From contig JBHGNT010000011.1 in assembly GCA_043228905.1 (NCBI GenBank), positions 14,446,001-14,510,000 of the forward strand: DNA of 64,000 bases, written 5' to 3'. Shown here in pieces: positions 48,371-61,634 of this stretch (within the stretch, counting starts at the first letter, position 1; every line of letters begins with the position of its first letter). The stretch is from Azolla caroliniana (Eukaryota; Plantae; Polypodiophyta). A program made the position numbers and the translations under genes. Below the pieces are notes generated by a model. It saw only the letters and a list, made by a program, of their open reading frames with translations, had not been told where the DNA came from and did not search any database.

Positions 48371-51139
48371 CAAAAATACTAACAATATTACAAAAATTGC
48401 CTTTTAGGCGTGATCCTCGTTTCATTCCTCTTTTAAGATGTCGAGGATGTTTTCGGGGTCTGGGGTGGTGGCAGGGTGGTCTGGTTGGACTGTCGATGCA
48501 GGGGGTTGAGTTTGGTCCAGGGGTGTCATATCTTCTCGGGCGTCCGCCTCAGGTGCGGCCGATTCTTCTGGTGGGGGTGTGGGTTCGAGGGCGTTGACCT
48601 CTACTTCGACTGGATCTGGTACCGTGTGGGCGTCCATTGGATGTCTGTTGGCCGGGGCAAGTTCCTCCTGTGCCGTGTCCGTGATCCCCTTGCTGGAAGG
48701 TTCTTCCTTCTACTCTGTGGCCGTTGGAGGGCTGGTTGGGATGGCTGCGAGTCGTTCTCGTTCGAAGGCTTCTGCTTCCAAGCGAAACATCATCTGCCCG
48801 TCATTGAAGTCCTCCATTATTTGCTCAATTGCCGCGGTGTGAGATTTTGCCAAGGACTGGTAATCCTCGGTTAAATCTGCACGCAGGTTTTGTATGCTGG
48901 CTTCGTCCATTTTGTAGAAGCCGCGGCCCTCCTTCCGTCGGTTCTCGGCGTCGGCGCGTAAAATATGCAATTCGGTAGCTTGGGCTTCCCATTCGTCTCC
49001 TGCGCGACTTAATGTTTCCTCGACCTTTTTGGTAAGGTGTTGGCGCTGTTTCTCGATCAGTATTCTGATGCGTGTCTCATCCATGCCGGGTTGTGCTCGG
49101 ATGGCTGCTAATTCCTGTTTTAAGCCGTCGACCTCGGCATGAAGCTTCTTTGCTCGTAGTTCATAGGTGGCTTGAGTGTTCTTTGCATCCGCGGTTACGA
49201 GCTGGATAGCCTGCTCATAACACTTGGTTAGTTCTTCGGTGGCTTTCTCCCGTTCTTTTTGACACGCGGCCCGGACTTGTTCCCATTCGACGATTCTCTC
49301 TTCTTGTAGGGCGAAGTAGGAATCCGATAATTCGTCTTTTTGTTCCGAAAGTAGCCTGCATTTGATGAAAAACTCGTCAGCCATTTCTTTAAGGGTCGTA
49401 CGCTGACTCTGCAGCTCAGCATTCTCCGCGATCATTCTCTCCTCCCGTTGGCGATTTCTTTCCTCCTGCTGGTGGTTGCAGTCTTTCGCATTGTCGAGCG
49501 CGGCCTGCAAGTCTAGGACCTCCTTCTCTTTCTTTGCCACTGTGGCTGCGTATTCCTCCAGCTTGCTTTTGAGTTCGGCTTCTTTGCCCGCGGCTTGCGC
49601 TTGTACCTGGCCCAGTGCTTCATTCTGCTCGTGTATCCTTTGGTCGGCCTGGGCTCTAATCTCAGCCATCTGCTTGGAAGCTTCTTCTTTTAGGCAAGCC
49701 ATCGCCTCCTAATGCCTTTGTTCGTGTCTCTCGGTTCGCCGTTGTTCTTCTTTAAGCTCCGCGCGGTAATCCCGGAGCGGGGGTTCTGTCTAGGTTGCCA
49801 CCTCCTTGGATGCACGAGGGGGTGGTATCTCGGTCTTCTCCATGGGCGTGGCCGCCTCGGTTGTTGTGCAGGCAACGACCATTTGTAACGAGTCCGTTTG
49901 TGTACTAGCCTGCATCGTCAGGATTGAATCTGTGACGGTGCTTTCATTCATCATTGTTATGCGTGGAGGGGCTGGGAGGGCCTCGGTGGTCGTGGTCGGA
50001 AGGCTCAAGAGTTGTTGTTCCAGCCGGTTTTGCTCCCAGGCTCCCAACTTCTGTTTCGCAGCGTGCCATAATTCTATAGCCATCTTAGCCTGCTTTTGGG
50101 CTAGTTTTATCTTTCGGGCCATGTCTTTGGCTGCACGCGTAGTGCGATCCAGGTCCCTATATGCCTCGATAAGGGTCGTGTTCAACTCGGGGACCTCCAT
50201 GAGGAGAGCGGCCTATTTTGCCTGCTTCTTTCTCCTGATTTTTTTGTAAAGCCCTGACGTCCTGGGGCTCAATTTCACCTAATAGCGCGCGTTGAATCAT
50301 TTTTGTTTCGGTGTGCTCTTCCGCCATTCGAGCGGCTGCCGCGCCTTGGGCTCTGGCGAGGAAGTCGACCAGCTAGAATGTCGTACCGAGGCGTAGGAGC
50401 GCACTAAATTCGTAAGCCTCTGCGGGGAGGTCCTTATACCCGAGGACTTCATCCTTCGAGATCTGTGTTGTCTGCCCATGCTCGATCTTTCCCTGGTTCA
50501 GCGATGCCTCCTCAGGGATCATGGCCAGGTTGCTCTGACTAACAACTAAGGCTTGGTCTTGTTGTGGCTCTTTCTGTTCTGCCGAGAACTCGCGGTTGAG
50601 TCGTCTTCTCTTGCTCGGCTGTGTTTGGGGTTCCGGGGCCGGTAGTGTCTTTTCCTCCGCCTACTTCCTTTTCTGGGGTCGTGGTGGTGCTGCCTGCTGT
50701 GTGTTGGGGCGTGGGCTAGACCCTGGGGAAGTTACCGAGGGGCGCGACGTTGGCTGTCGAATGGTGACATCATCTGCCGTGTTGTCCTCTACGGCTACCT
50801 CCTCCCATTCTTGGCAGGTCTCGGAAACTGCCCTTTTCTGTTGGGGTTGGGTGGGTGGTGGTGCAGATGCGGGGTTATGGTCGGCGGTAGGAGGTGAAGG
50901 CGATGTGGGCTCCTCCCATGCTTCATGGCTGATGGCAACGAATTTCTCTTTCTGCCTTCGTGGTGGTGGTGGGGACGTGAGTGTGCGAGGGGAAGGAATA
51001 GAAGAGGGTGGGTATAGAACCATCAAAAAGTGGGTAAGAACAGACAACATCTTCTTACCCGACCGAATTAAAGCTAAGGCGGCGCGGAGTTCTTCGCTTG
51101 TGATGATTCCCCAATCGATTCTATTTCCTTCATACGCGC

Positions 51140-52110
51140 TGTCGTGAAGATCCGTCACTACGCGCGGATCGTGAGGCGGAACCGTCGGGGTTCTGGACCA
51201 GAAGGATTTAGAGTCGATACAAGCTTTGGCGAGAAAGTACTTAAGATAGATTGGGAAAGAGAGAAGTTGAGATTACACGATTGATTTGAAAACGAATTTC
51301 TTCCTCTTAATTTTCATAAAAAAAATACCGTGTTTTTTCTCCTCCCCCTTCCCTCTTTTATAGATGCTCTCATGCATATGATGCATGCGAGGGTACAAGA
51401 CATGCATAAATTGCATGTTTGCCATTTGGCGCTTATGTATTACATGTGGTGCATGATAACCATGTCACTCATTTTAGTTCTCATGTATGAGAATTTACAT
51501 GTAAAAGTGCAATGATAGAAATATAATTTCAACTAAATAGCATGGCTTAATGGCAAGCCATTTGACTCCTAACTTGGAGGTGCAAGGTTCAAATCCTTAC
51601 TTGCCCTCCTTGTATATGTAAATATGTATATATATTAATATATTTATTTATCTAGTCGCCGGATACCGGTGCCGCCGTCGGATGCCGTCGGATGCCGCCG
51701 GATCATCGGCTCCATCGCCGGTCCGGTTTTGGTTGGCCAAAACCCTTTACGAGTAGCTAGCCCACCTCCACTCTTAGTTCAAGTTACCTTGAACTCTCTA
51801 TGCTCCACACATAGACACAAAGATAATATCTTTTGCTCCACCTTATATATGATGAGAGCTGTATTTGTTGTGCCTATGTGGGATATCTCACAATTTTCTC
51901 CTTTCCTTTTACAAACTTTATACCCTCATATCTTGACATTTAGTTGTCCGTTTCTCGTGTAATAAAGTGCATTCGAAACCTCCATCATTTTGTACTTAGA
52001 TATTAAATCTATTTAAAATGTTATCTTCACAATTATTGTACTACGTGATTCATACTCGATTTCGTACGTTTTATAGGATTTTCACACTATTGCCGAAAAT
52101 CTTCACGACA
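51140..52110 (-). mobile_element. Solo LTR (971 bp) related to the tRNA-Trp Gypsy family
   Basis: 12-bp terminal inverted repeat TGTCGTGAAGAT; TSD GCGC; shares the TGTCGTGAAGA start, CTATAAAAG and GGTTCCGCCTCA with LTR 28704-29320. Confidence 0.88.
51538..51606 (+). other. tRNA-derived (Arg-like) sequence with Pol III A and B boxes; not a canonical tRNA gene
   Basis: A box TGGCTTAATGG 51543-51553; loop CT-CCT-AA; B box GGTTCAAATCC 51586-51596; acceptor and anticodon stems do not pair well. Confidence 0.7.
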
Positions 52111-53013
52111 GCGCTGATGATGATGGTTGCCTTGTTCTGCGGCATGCTCGTTGGGTTCGTATGCACGAACACATACTCCATTAATATACGAGCAATCTCC
52201 CCGAAAGCTCTGTTCGGACCGCCATACGTGCGATATGCCTTCCCTGAGGCTGAGTGCTCACCGAAGTACGCTTTCATCTTCGATGCCGGGGGTATGTCGA
52301 CCTCATGGTCCCCTTCCCGTTGCAGGTCCAAAACAACCCGAAGCACGTTGTTGGTGATGGCTTCGGGACCTATATGTTTAGCCACACCTTGGGCATCTGG
52401 GTGCGTGGGGGCATCGATGATCTTCAGGTAATCGCCCATTCCTCGTTCCTGGAGCCAGGCGCGGGTTTCTGTTGAAGCGGTAAGAGGCATGGTGGAGATG
52501 GAGACGGGGTTCAACTGTGTGGAAGCGTGAAGAAGAGTGATGAGGCGAGGGCGAGACAGAGAAGGAACAGCAGGAAGGGGAAGTTCAGCATAGGGGTTAT
52601 GAGAGCAAAAGAGGGCTTGAGAGCAAAGAGCGTTTAGCGCGATGAGAGCGAGACGGGGTTTCTGAGCTTGAGAGCGATGGAGATTGGGAGCGATAATGAA
52701 CTTCTGTGTTTGTGTTGCGTTTTGGAAACGGTTTTAGTAACTTACTCCTAGGGTTTTGTGCCTGAAGCGAATCCTGAAGATTCTGAGTCGTGGGTGCCAT
52801 AATAAGTGACTAACACCACGTGTCCTGAAGGTGAGTGGGGTGCTTCTAATGCTTTGCATGTGCTTAAATAGGTACTAAATGAGTGGTGGCGAGGGGTGCT
52901 CCTAAATTTGTGGGTGCGTAGGTGGGTGGTGTAGGTGTAGCTAATCGGTGGCTAAACTATGGTTAATCCTACCTACTACTACTTTTATTAATTTCACAAA
53001 GGTGGGTGAGTCC

Positions 53014-56000
53014 TTATTCAGGGGGACACGTGGCCTCCTCCGTGGTGGTTTCCCGAAACGGGTTGGGTGGTGTAGTGCCTCGATATGGTCGAAGTTGGAA
53101 ACCATTGACCCAGCTTTTGACAGTGTCGCCGGCGAGTGTGCCGAGCTGGAACGTCCCATTGAACTCGTCGATAATCCAGAATGGACCGGTCCACCGAAAT
53201 CTTAATTTTCCCGGCATAGACCCGAGTCGTGTTTGAAAAAGAAGAACCGGTTTGCCGATGGTGAGCTCTTTTTCCAGCCCCTGTTGATGTCGATCCACGA
53301 AAGCCTTGCGTTGTCGTTGGCGTTGTTCGAGTTGGGCCATACTCTCTATCCTATCTTTGCCGAGTTCGAGGAGTTGTTCCAGCCGGTATTGCTCGGATTG
53401 GGCCTCGAGGAGCCGTGCTTTGATTTGAACTCAGAGGCTCGGGACTTGGAACTCGACGGGCATTACGGCTTCTAACCCGAACGCCATTCGAAAGGGGGTT
53501 GATTGGATGCTTGTTTTGAAAGTCGTACGATACGCCCACAGCGCGCTCTGGAGTTTGTCATCCCAATCGGTCCTGTTTTCATTGACGATCTTCTTCAGTA
53601 TGGTTTGGAGGATTTTATTGGTCGATTCCGCCAAGCCGTTCGCCTGCGGGTAGTATGGTGTGCTTTTCTTGTGCACCATCGCGTAGTGGTGTGTAAGTTC
53701 ACGTATTATATGATTGATGAAGTGCCCACCTTGATCACTAACGAGCTCGATTGGGCATCCGTAATCGCACCAGAGGTGCTCGTACACGAATTTAGTCGTG
53801 GATGCCGTCGTGTTGTCTCGGAGTGCCTTAGCCTCGACCCATTTGGTGCAGTAATCCGTGGCAACGATAATATACCTATTCCCTGTACGGGCCGCGAGTG
53901 GTTTGAAAGGGCCTACAAAATCCAAACCCCATTTTTGAAATGGGTCCAACGGAAGAATCGGCTGGTGTGGCATCCGTGACTATTCCATTGGTTGCCCCAG
54001 TCGTTGGCACAAATCGCACTGCCGGCAAAACTCGTGAGCGTCTTTCTTTGTTGTCGGCCACCACAATCCACTTTGCCAAATTTTCCTTGCCGTGGAATCC
54101 CCGGCGTAGTGCCCCCCAGCTACTCCCTGGTGGGCTTCCTGAAGAACGACGTTCTTCTCGAATTGCCAAATCGCTCGGCGCCATATGCCGTCCGAGCCTT
54201 TGTGGTAGAGAATCTCCGAGATGAGGCAAAAATTCCGACTACGCACTGCTAGGCATTTTCTCGTGTCAAGGTGCATGTGCTCGGGAGGTACACCGGTAGT
54301 GAGAAAATGGGTCATCTCCGTGATCCATTCATCTCCGTTATCGTCTGGTATCGTGGTCAAGTTAAATAGGCTGGTGTCTGGTAGCTCGTCGTACGTTGTT
54401 TTCGCCGGTTCCCCTGACTCAAGACGACTCAAGTAGTCGGCGACGGCATGTTGTACCCCGGGTCGATGCTGAATCTGGAAATCAAACTCTTGTAGTAGGA
54501 GCATCCACCGAGCCAACCGTCCGGTGAGGGCTTGTTTATTGACCAAATAAAGAAGGGTCGAGTGATCCACGTGAAAGGTAAATTTTCGGCCCAAGAGGTA
54601 ATGCCGAAATTTATTGATGCTATAAATCATACCGAGGGCCTCCCGCTCGGTGGTGGAGTAATTCTTTTCCGCGATCGAGAGCTGTCGGCTGGCGTAGTAC
54701 ACGGGCCTATACCAATTCGGGGGTGTGCATTGCATCAGGGCACTTCCGATGGCGATGTCTGAAGCATCTACGAAGACATGAAACGGTTCGGACCAAACCG
54801 GAGACTGGACCACCAGGGCATGTGACAGCATTCGTTTCAAGGTCTGATAGGCCGTGTCCTCGATTGACGTCCATTGGAAAGGAAGGCGATGGATTGTCGC
54901 GTGTAAAGGTGTCGCGAAATCGGCCAGGTGTCGTATCATTCGGTTGTGCCACCGGATCTGTCCCAAAAAACGGCTTAGTGCCTTAGCGTTCGAGGGTGCG
55001 GTAGCGGTCAGGATTGCCTTTACTTTATCCGGGTCCATAGCGATGCCTTCTTGACTGACAATGTGGCCGAGAAGGTTGCCGCTGGTGACTAAGAACGCGC
55101 ATTTCGCCGGGTTTAAACTCAATCGAGCTTGGCGACATTGGTCCAGGCAAAGTCGTAACTGGGTCATGTGTTCCCGTCGATGGCCATACACGGTGAAATC
55201 GTCGAGAAAGACTTGCATGAACGACGGGATGTAGTCATGAAAGATTTCGGTGATGATGCGTTGGAACGTAGCCGGCGCCGTTTTTAGACCGAACATCATT
55301 ACTTCTGCTACAAAAACACCCCATTCCGTGACGAAAGCGGTTTTCTCCTGATCCTCCGGGTGCATTCTTATTTGGTTATAGCTGCTGAACCTGTTGAGGA
55401 AACTGTAGCATTCGTGGCCGGCTACCGTGTCGAGGATGTTGTCCGTGAATGGGAGAGGGAAACTGTCGGTGACTGTTGCCGCGTTAAGCTTCCGATAGTC
55501 GACGCAGACACGGATTTTTCCGTTCTTCTTTGGGACTACTACGATCGGGCTCAACCACGTGGCCCGTTTAACAGGGCGAATGAAGCCCACTCGGAGTAGT
55601 TTGTCGATTTCCTCTTTGACTTTAGCGGCGTAGTTGGGGTTCATCCTGTAGCGCCTCTGTTGAACCGGCCGAGTGTCAGGTAAGATGTGAATTTGATGTT
55701 GGTAGTATTGAGGATCCAGCCCCTTCATATCGGTGTAAGACCAAGCGAAAACATCCTAGTAGTCGGTGAGCAATCTTACGAGGCATGCCCGTTCTCCGGT
55801 TGGTAGATTATTGGCAATTTGTAACGTACGGGGATTCTCGTCCGCACCGAGGTTTATTGTTTCCAGGGTTGATGCTTTCACTCGTTGTGAAATGGCGAGT
55901 TCGCATTCGAAAGCCTCCCGAGCATGACGTAACTCAGCAACTGTGATTGGATCTGGTTCATCTTGGGGTGGTGACTCCTCCGTGACTTCCTCGTCTTTAG

Positions 56001-58219
56001 GTGACTCGATGGTTGGTAAGGCATTGATTTCGAAGAGAGGGATGATCGTGGGATGATCATCTAGGAAGTCATCGACCTCCTCATCGGCCAAACCGTCAAG
56101 CATATGGACCCCTTCCGCGTATAACGGCGAAGTGTTGAGGGTGACAGGGACTCGTTCTTCAGTGATGATCCGGACTTTTGTCTTGCCTCTTCGGAACGAG
56201 ATCATGTTGCGTTGCCAATGTTGCTTGATATTCGCTGTACGCAACCATGGTCGACCTAGTAACATTGGGTAGGCGCCTTGTGTCTCCAGTCTTAGCACGA
56301 CGGCCAAGATCGTGAACATGTAGCCTCCGAGTGTGAAGTCGAGATGGCGGATTAAACCAAAAGGGGCATGGTTCCCATTGATTCAGGCCAAGATTGAGAC
56401 ACGTTGACTCGCTAATAACGTTTACGCCGGATACGCCGTCGATGATGCATCCGTGCAGGTCTTGTCCCTTAATGATGATTCGCACGGCTGGGTTCTGAGA
56501 ATCCATGAGTGGTGGACCGGTTCCTGCTTCGGTGAGGTGTACCGGTGGCGTCACGGGCTTAGTATTGGCCTGGAGTGCCGCCAAGGTGTCCCGAAATCTC
56601 GGCATGAGTGGTAACAATTTATGTAGGGGCAGCGAGATGCGGGAGTTGGTAAGAACATCCCATAGTTGGTCGTCCTCCTCCGACGTGGACGATGCCGAGG
56701 TTTGTGGTGCTTCACTAGGCCCGTCTCTCATGTCAGTTTGCATGCGTACGGCATTATTTTTATTGGCCGTGTCGACCCATTCTTTTGCTGCCTGACGGAT
56801 ATCATCCTGGATTTGCCACTGAGTAGTCTGCGCTTTACTCCGGGTAGTGACCGTTTCAACATCGGCCATGATACTGTTCACCGCGGGTGCCTTGCCACGG
56901 TTGGTTGTTGGACATTGTGTGGCGTAGTGGCCTGGTTGGTTACATTTAAAACATGTCACGTTGGCCGAGCTGCTAGGGTCCACTCGGTCTGTGTGTGGAA
57001 GCTGTTGTTGTTGATTCTCAGTCTCGTTTGGTGGTGGGTTGTTCCGAGGTGCGTTGGAGTTGCGCTGGTCATTTTGAGGAGCGTCCTGTCGGCGGTTGTC
57101 GTTAGGTCTTCTATTGTTGCGTGTGTTGCGGTTGCCGTTTCGCCGATCAATGCGTGAGTTCCGTCGGTCATACCGGTCATCGCGATCGTCATCATATCGA
57201 GCATAATCGTCGTGTCGTTCATCGCGATAATGATCACGGCGGTCATCATGTCGGTAGTCGTCGTCTCGGCGCCGTCGATCCGAGGATCACGGTCGGTCGT
57301 TATCCTGGTCTCGGTAGACATATCGCTCGTCCTGCCGAGAGTATGTATTTCGTGGCTCGATCTGGTGGACCGGTGCCGCCGTTGTGCGGTTCAGCATATT
57401 ATATTCGCACTGCTCGACCGTGTGAGCTCAAGACTGACAGATCGGACACTGTGTTCAGTGGGGACATTCGAGGGCCAGGTGCCCTGATCCTGAACACACC
57501 GTGCATTGGAGGGCTTGGCGAAAGCGATTTTCCTCTTGGGGACGAGCGTTTTGCAAGGATGTCATCGAGAAGGCCGCGCCGTGCTTGGTCCGATCGAGGG
57601 CGAGAACCCGCGTTATGACTTGTTCGATAGTATGGTTGGCGAAATTTGTAAGTGCGAGAGTCGTTCGGAGAGGCTCTCGTAAACTGGATAGGAAAGTGTC
57701 CAGTATATGTTGTGCCGAGACATCATCGGCCACTTGTCTGTAGAGATCCTGGAACCGGATCGTGAACTGCGCGACCGTTTCGTGCGGTTCCTAGCATATA
57801 GAGAAGAATTGTCGGAGCAGTTCCCGTTTAGGCACCTCGCGATGAAAAAGTTCAAGGAACTTTGTGCGCACGATTTGGAAAGTGGTGGCCTCTCCTATTT
57901 CGAGGCGAGAGTACCAACGTGCGGCCGGTCCATCGAGGGAGAGTGTGAACTCGGCAATCTTTGAGGCATCGATTTCGGCCAGCGTGAGGCGGTGCGTTGA
58001 GTGGTTGGCCTGCCACGTGGATATGAAGGCACGGATGTGTGACTCCGCGTCTGGTCCGTCGGTGTATCGTGGGTATGGGTACGGCATGATGTCGTACTGT
58101 GGGTCTTCTAGTAGCACCGGAAAAGGGTTTAGTTCCGGTTGATTGACCTCCGGAGGGCTCGACGGGGGTTTTGGTGGTGAATCAACTCGCGATCGAGTGT
58201 CCAATGGCGAGGATTGCAC
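53014..58219 (-). pseudogene. Gypsy gag-PR-RT-RNase H-integrase, fragmented
   Basis: CFKCNQPGHYATQC, IIDGVSG and LLGRPWL, FGLKTAPATFQR, FLDDF, VDASDIAIG, WGLDFVGP, SDQGGHF, YYPQANGLAE, RWTGPF. Confidence 0.93.
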
Positions 58220-58392
58220 TGGGGAAGCCTCTGATTGATCGGGAAAGGATTGGTCAGTGACCGCCGAGTCGGAAGTTCCTTCGATTGGCTCAGGGCATCA
58301 GGAGGGTGGCCGAGACCTCGTGGTGCGAGAGGGCGTCGTAACGGCGGCTCGTGGTTACCTTCAACGAAGTTCGCTGTGCACTCACTGTTGTA

Positions 58393-58405
58393 ACCGGGCG
58401 TGCCA
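58393..58405 (-). other. Primer-binding site, tRNA-Arg(UCU)-like
   Basis: TGGCACGCCCGGT, 5 nt downstream of the 5' LTR on the coding strand. Confidence 0.75.
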
Positions 58406-58873
58406 AATTGTGTTACCCATTCCTTTGGGTGAACACCTTCGATAGATCTGCGGCTATCGGTATTGAAGGGCGTGGTACGTGAAGGCTCGTAACAGAGGCG
58501 TTGAGAGAGAGACAGGGCTCAGAGAGAAAACACTAGCGAGGTCTTGATAGGCGTGGGCGGCATTGAAATCATAGGTATGAATCAAAGCACAGACACATGG
58601 AGCAAAATGGGCACAAATCAGATATATTACTGCGACAGAAAAAGATTACAGAACACGGCCTACGGCCGGTGACCTTACCAGATTATCTAGTTACGAGGGA
58701 CTAAGCTAGTGCTTCCGCCTATATTTTTCTTCTCTCCCTCCTCTAAGGTACTGGTCCTCGTTTAAATAACTTTTCCCCTAATACACAGCCGAGCCGTCGG
58801 TGGCCTGTGATACTCGGACTCGGCGTTTGCTAATTTCCTAATTTTACATTTCTGTCCTCTGGACAACAATTTT

Positions 58874-60350
58874 GAGGTAAATTATTAAAACGATGGTAAC
58901 TTTCAAAAATAAAACAAGACCAAGGACTTTGAATTTCGCAAAGAAGTAGAAAGTAAAACCCTAAGAAAACAAGTACTCTGAGGAGAAGAATAACAACAAA
59001 ACGAAGGAAAGAATAATTGGGAAAGATATTATGTTCATGAGTGGAGCTTGAGTGGAAATCCTTGAGTTTCGGTGCAACGTCCCAACAATCAACGACCACA
59101 TCGCCTCTTGTCGATGTTGGTCTCAGATGCCCTCTTGAATTATTACCCTAGCTTCTTCGCTTCTCAATCTAGTAGAGCTTATGCGTCCTTCCACTTACTA
59201 GTCTCTCCCAGAATCTCATGCTTTAGTTCGAAGGCCTCTTGGTGTCCTTCTTCCATCTTCCTTCCTTGCCAACCCAACTTGGTGGAATTCACCTCGAGCT
59301 TGGCCTCTTCTTCCCATCAAGCCATTTCCTCAATTATGTTACCTTGCTTGTCCAAAGTGGTCAACCAATCTCTATCAAAGTCATCTTGTCTTAAATAGTT
59401 TGCTATTCTTCTACTTGTCCATCGAGCGCCACTTGAGCTCTTGTCTCTCCACGGGAAACCCTTTCTCGCATAGGGTTTTCTTGTTGGGTGACCTCCCAAT
59501 CACCCACTTGTTCCGTGATTTGGATCGTCTTCTCCCAAGTTTTCAATGTCACGAAGTTACGCGCGTACATGTGCTACTTGAACAGGACCACCGAGGGCTT
59601 GAACTAGAGAGGATGGATGACTTGAAGGCTTGCCATAATCAAATGTTAGTTAGAGTTAAAAGCTCCGAGGAGTCTAAAGATCGTTAGACTCGAAGGCTCT
59701 ATAGAGTCAAAGGTAATCCAAAGTCAAAGATTAGTGGAAGTCGAATGTAATCTAGAGTCAAAGATTAGCCAGAGTCGAATGTACTCTAGAGTCGAAGATT
59801 ACAGCCGAATGAAACTCAATGTCAAAGATTCTTGAGAGTTGAAGGCTCTACAGAGTCAAAAGTTCCTCAAAGTTGAAGGTAGCAATGATCCGAACAATGA
59901 ATTATGCTTGAGATTAATACGTAATTAACCCAAAGAGCTTGAGATTACGAATGAATGTTACAATATTAATTCCAAATTGTCAACTTTATAGGCTGGAAAT
60001 GTTGGAGTTTGAAAGAAATTCCTTCATAAAATAGGATTTACAAATATTTTGAATATTTTGATTACAACAATGGTAAATTTCAAAAATTAAACTTTAACTA
60101 AGAACTCTAAATTTCACGGAGAAGAATAAAATTAAACCCTAAGACAGTAAGTATTCTTTGGAGAAGAAGAAGATGACACGAATAATTGGAGAAGATAAGT
60201 TCTAGAGTGGATCATAAGGGGAAAATCCTTGAGTTTCAATGCAACATCCCAACGATCGATAGTCATGTCCCTCTTGTCAATGCTAGTCTTATACACCCTC
60301 TTGATTCACTACCTTAGCTTCTTCGCTTTTCAATCCGATAGAGCTTCCAC
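58874..60350. repeat. Old diverged repeat, two partial copies, including the AGTCGAAG array
   Basis: 47770-47864 + 58874-59190 resembles 59955-60350; 59585-59975 resembles 1962-2700. Confidence 0.6.
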
Positions 60351-61634
60351 ATCTTTTTCTTTCTTTCCCCCAAATATAAGTTCTCTTCACCCCTTTTATA
60401 GGATGAAAGAGGCTTTCTTCCAAATAAAAAAGTAGGTGCTTTTTTATTTTAGCACATGCCATGCCTTTTCTTTCCCAATTGAATGTCCTATTTTTCCCCT
60501 CTCACTCATATTACAAACTCTTAATGATTGAGCTAAGACTTCTTTATTATTTTTAAATGCAACATTTTACTTGTCCTTCATACCACACCTTAGCTTTATC
60601 ATTCAACTTATTTCCTCCTATGTGCTCCCCACATCACATCGGTTCCCATTTCTTGACCTCCTCCAATTCAAAGGTTGCAAGTTGTTGAGAAAATTGTGTA
60701 ACCTATCAAAATCTTCTATATCAATCAAATATTTCATTAGTTCTTTATACTTAGAAATGTGTAAATCGAGTTTTCCCGTCGCTTGAAGAAAAATTCTCCA
60801 TCCATCCTTTAGCCTTGAAAGCTCATCCCTTCGGGATAAAATGTTTTTGCAATTGTCACTTGAAATCTTCCTAACTCTTAAAGGGCCTTCTCCACCCTTC
60901 CCGAAGGTACAATCCTCCCAGTCATCCTCGAGAAAGGCATTTGTTACATCCACCCATGCCTGTGGCATCATCTGACATTATTCTAAATGGCATTCCATGT
61001 CATTGATCCACCTATTTAGTACCAAGAACTTCCTTGTCCCTACGTACTAACATGGGAGGGCTACCTTGTAGCCTCCTTGGTGTGATTCCTTCTCCTCAAC
61101 CTGTTTTTTGGTCCTCTTCATGCATTGCTCCTTCACTTGTCCTTCCAAGATTTTTGCTTGTTGTGCCATTGTTATCTCCACATGGCTTGATTTCTCCCAT
61201 GGCTTCTTTATTGTGGTTAATTCCCATTCATCTCCCTTTCCATCTCTTTCTCTTCCCTCAATAATTTTTTACTTCTTTGGCATCATGTCCACTCCCCGCT
61301 CACATTCCTACTTTGATACCAAGTGTTACGCCCCTTATTTTATAGGGTTCCTTAAAACTAAAAGAAAATGTGATTGGGAAACATGTCGGGACACAAAACA
61401 TGCTTATATATTTATATTATCAATACAAAAGCTACAACCATCCCAAATTGGGACAAATACAAAATCCTGAGTTGGGATGAGTTGGGACAACTCCCATATC
61501 CACCAAGGGAGAGAAAAAGTACCTCCACATTCTTTAGACCGAAGATTACGAAACTCAGAGTATGAGACTATGGGAATGATGGAATGAATTACAAATTAGG
61601 AATGATCATTCTTATATAGGCCAAAGATGGCCAT

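Larger units (their letters stand above)
48422..52514 (-). pseudogene. Extra ORF between integrase and 3' LTR (N-terminal domain, Pro-rich linker, long coiled coil)
   Basis: ORF pieces 52071..52514, 50661..51158, 49790..50200, 48710..49702 and 48422..48637; removing 51140-52110 plus one TSD rejoins IIISA/YEGNRIDWG in frame. Confidence 0.7.
47865..58868 (-). mobile_element. Gypsy LTR retrotransposon (non-chromoviral, Athila-like pol layout) with extra 3' ORF; defective
   Basis: LTRs 47865-48322 and 58411-58868 (458 bp, ~13 differences); TSD ATTTT; PBS 58393-58405; no PPT. Confidence 0.95.

Noticed and set aside
51538-51606. Functional tRNA gene
   Set aside because: Acceptor and anticodon stems do not form; kept as tRNA-derived sequence only
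51140-52110. MITE or DNA transposon, suggested by 12-bp terminal inverted repeats
   Set aside because: Shares start, TATA context and U5 motif with the Gypsy LTR at 28704, so a solo LTR fits better
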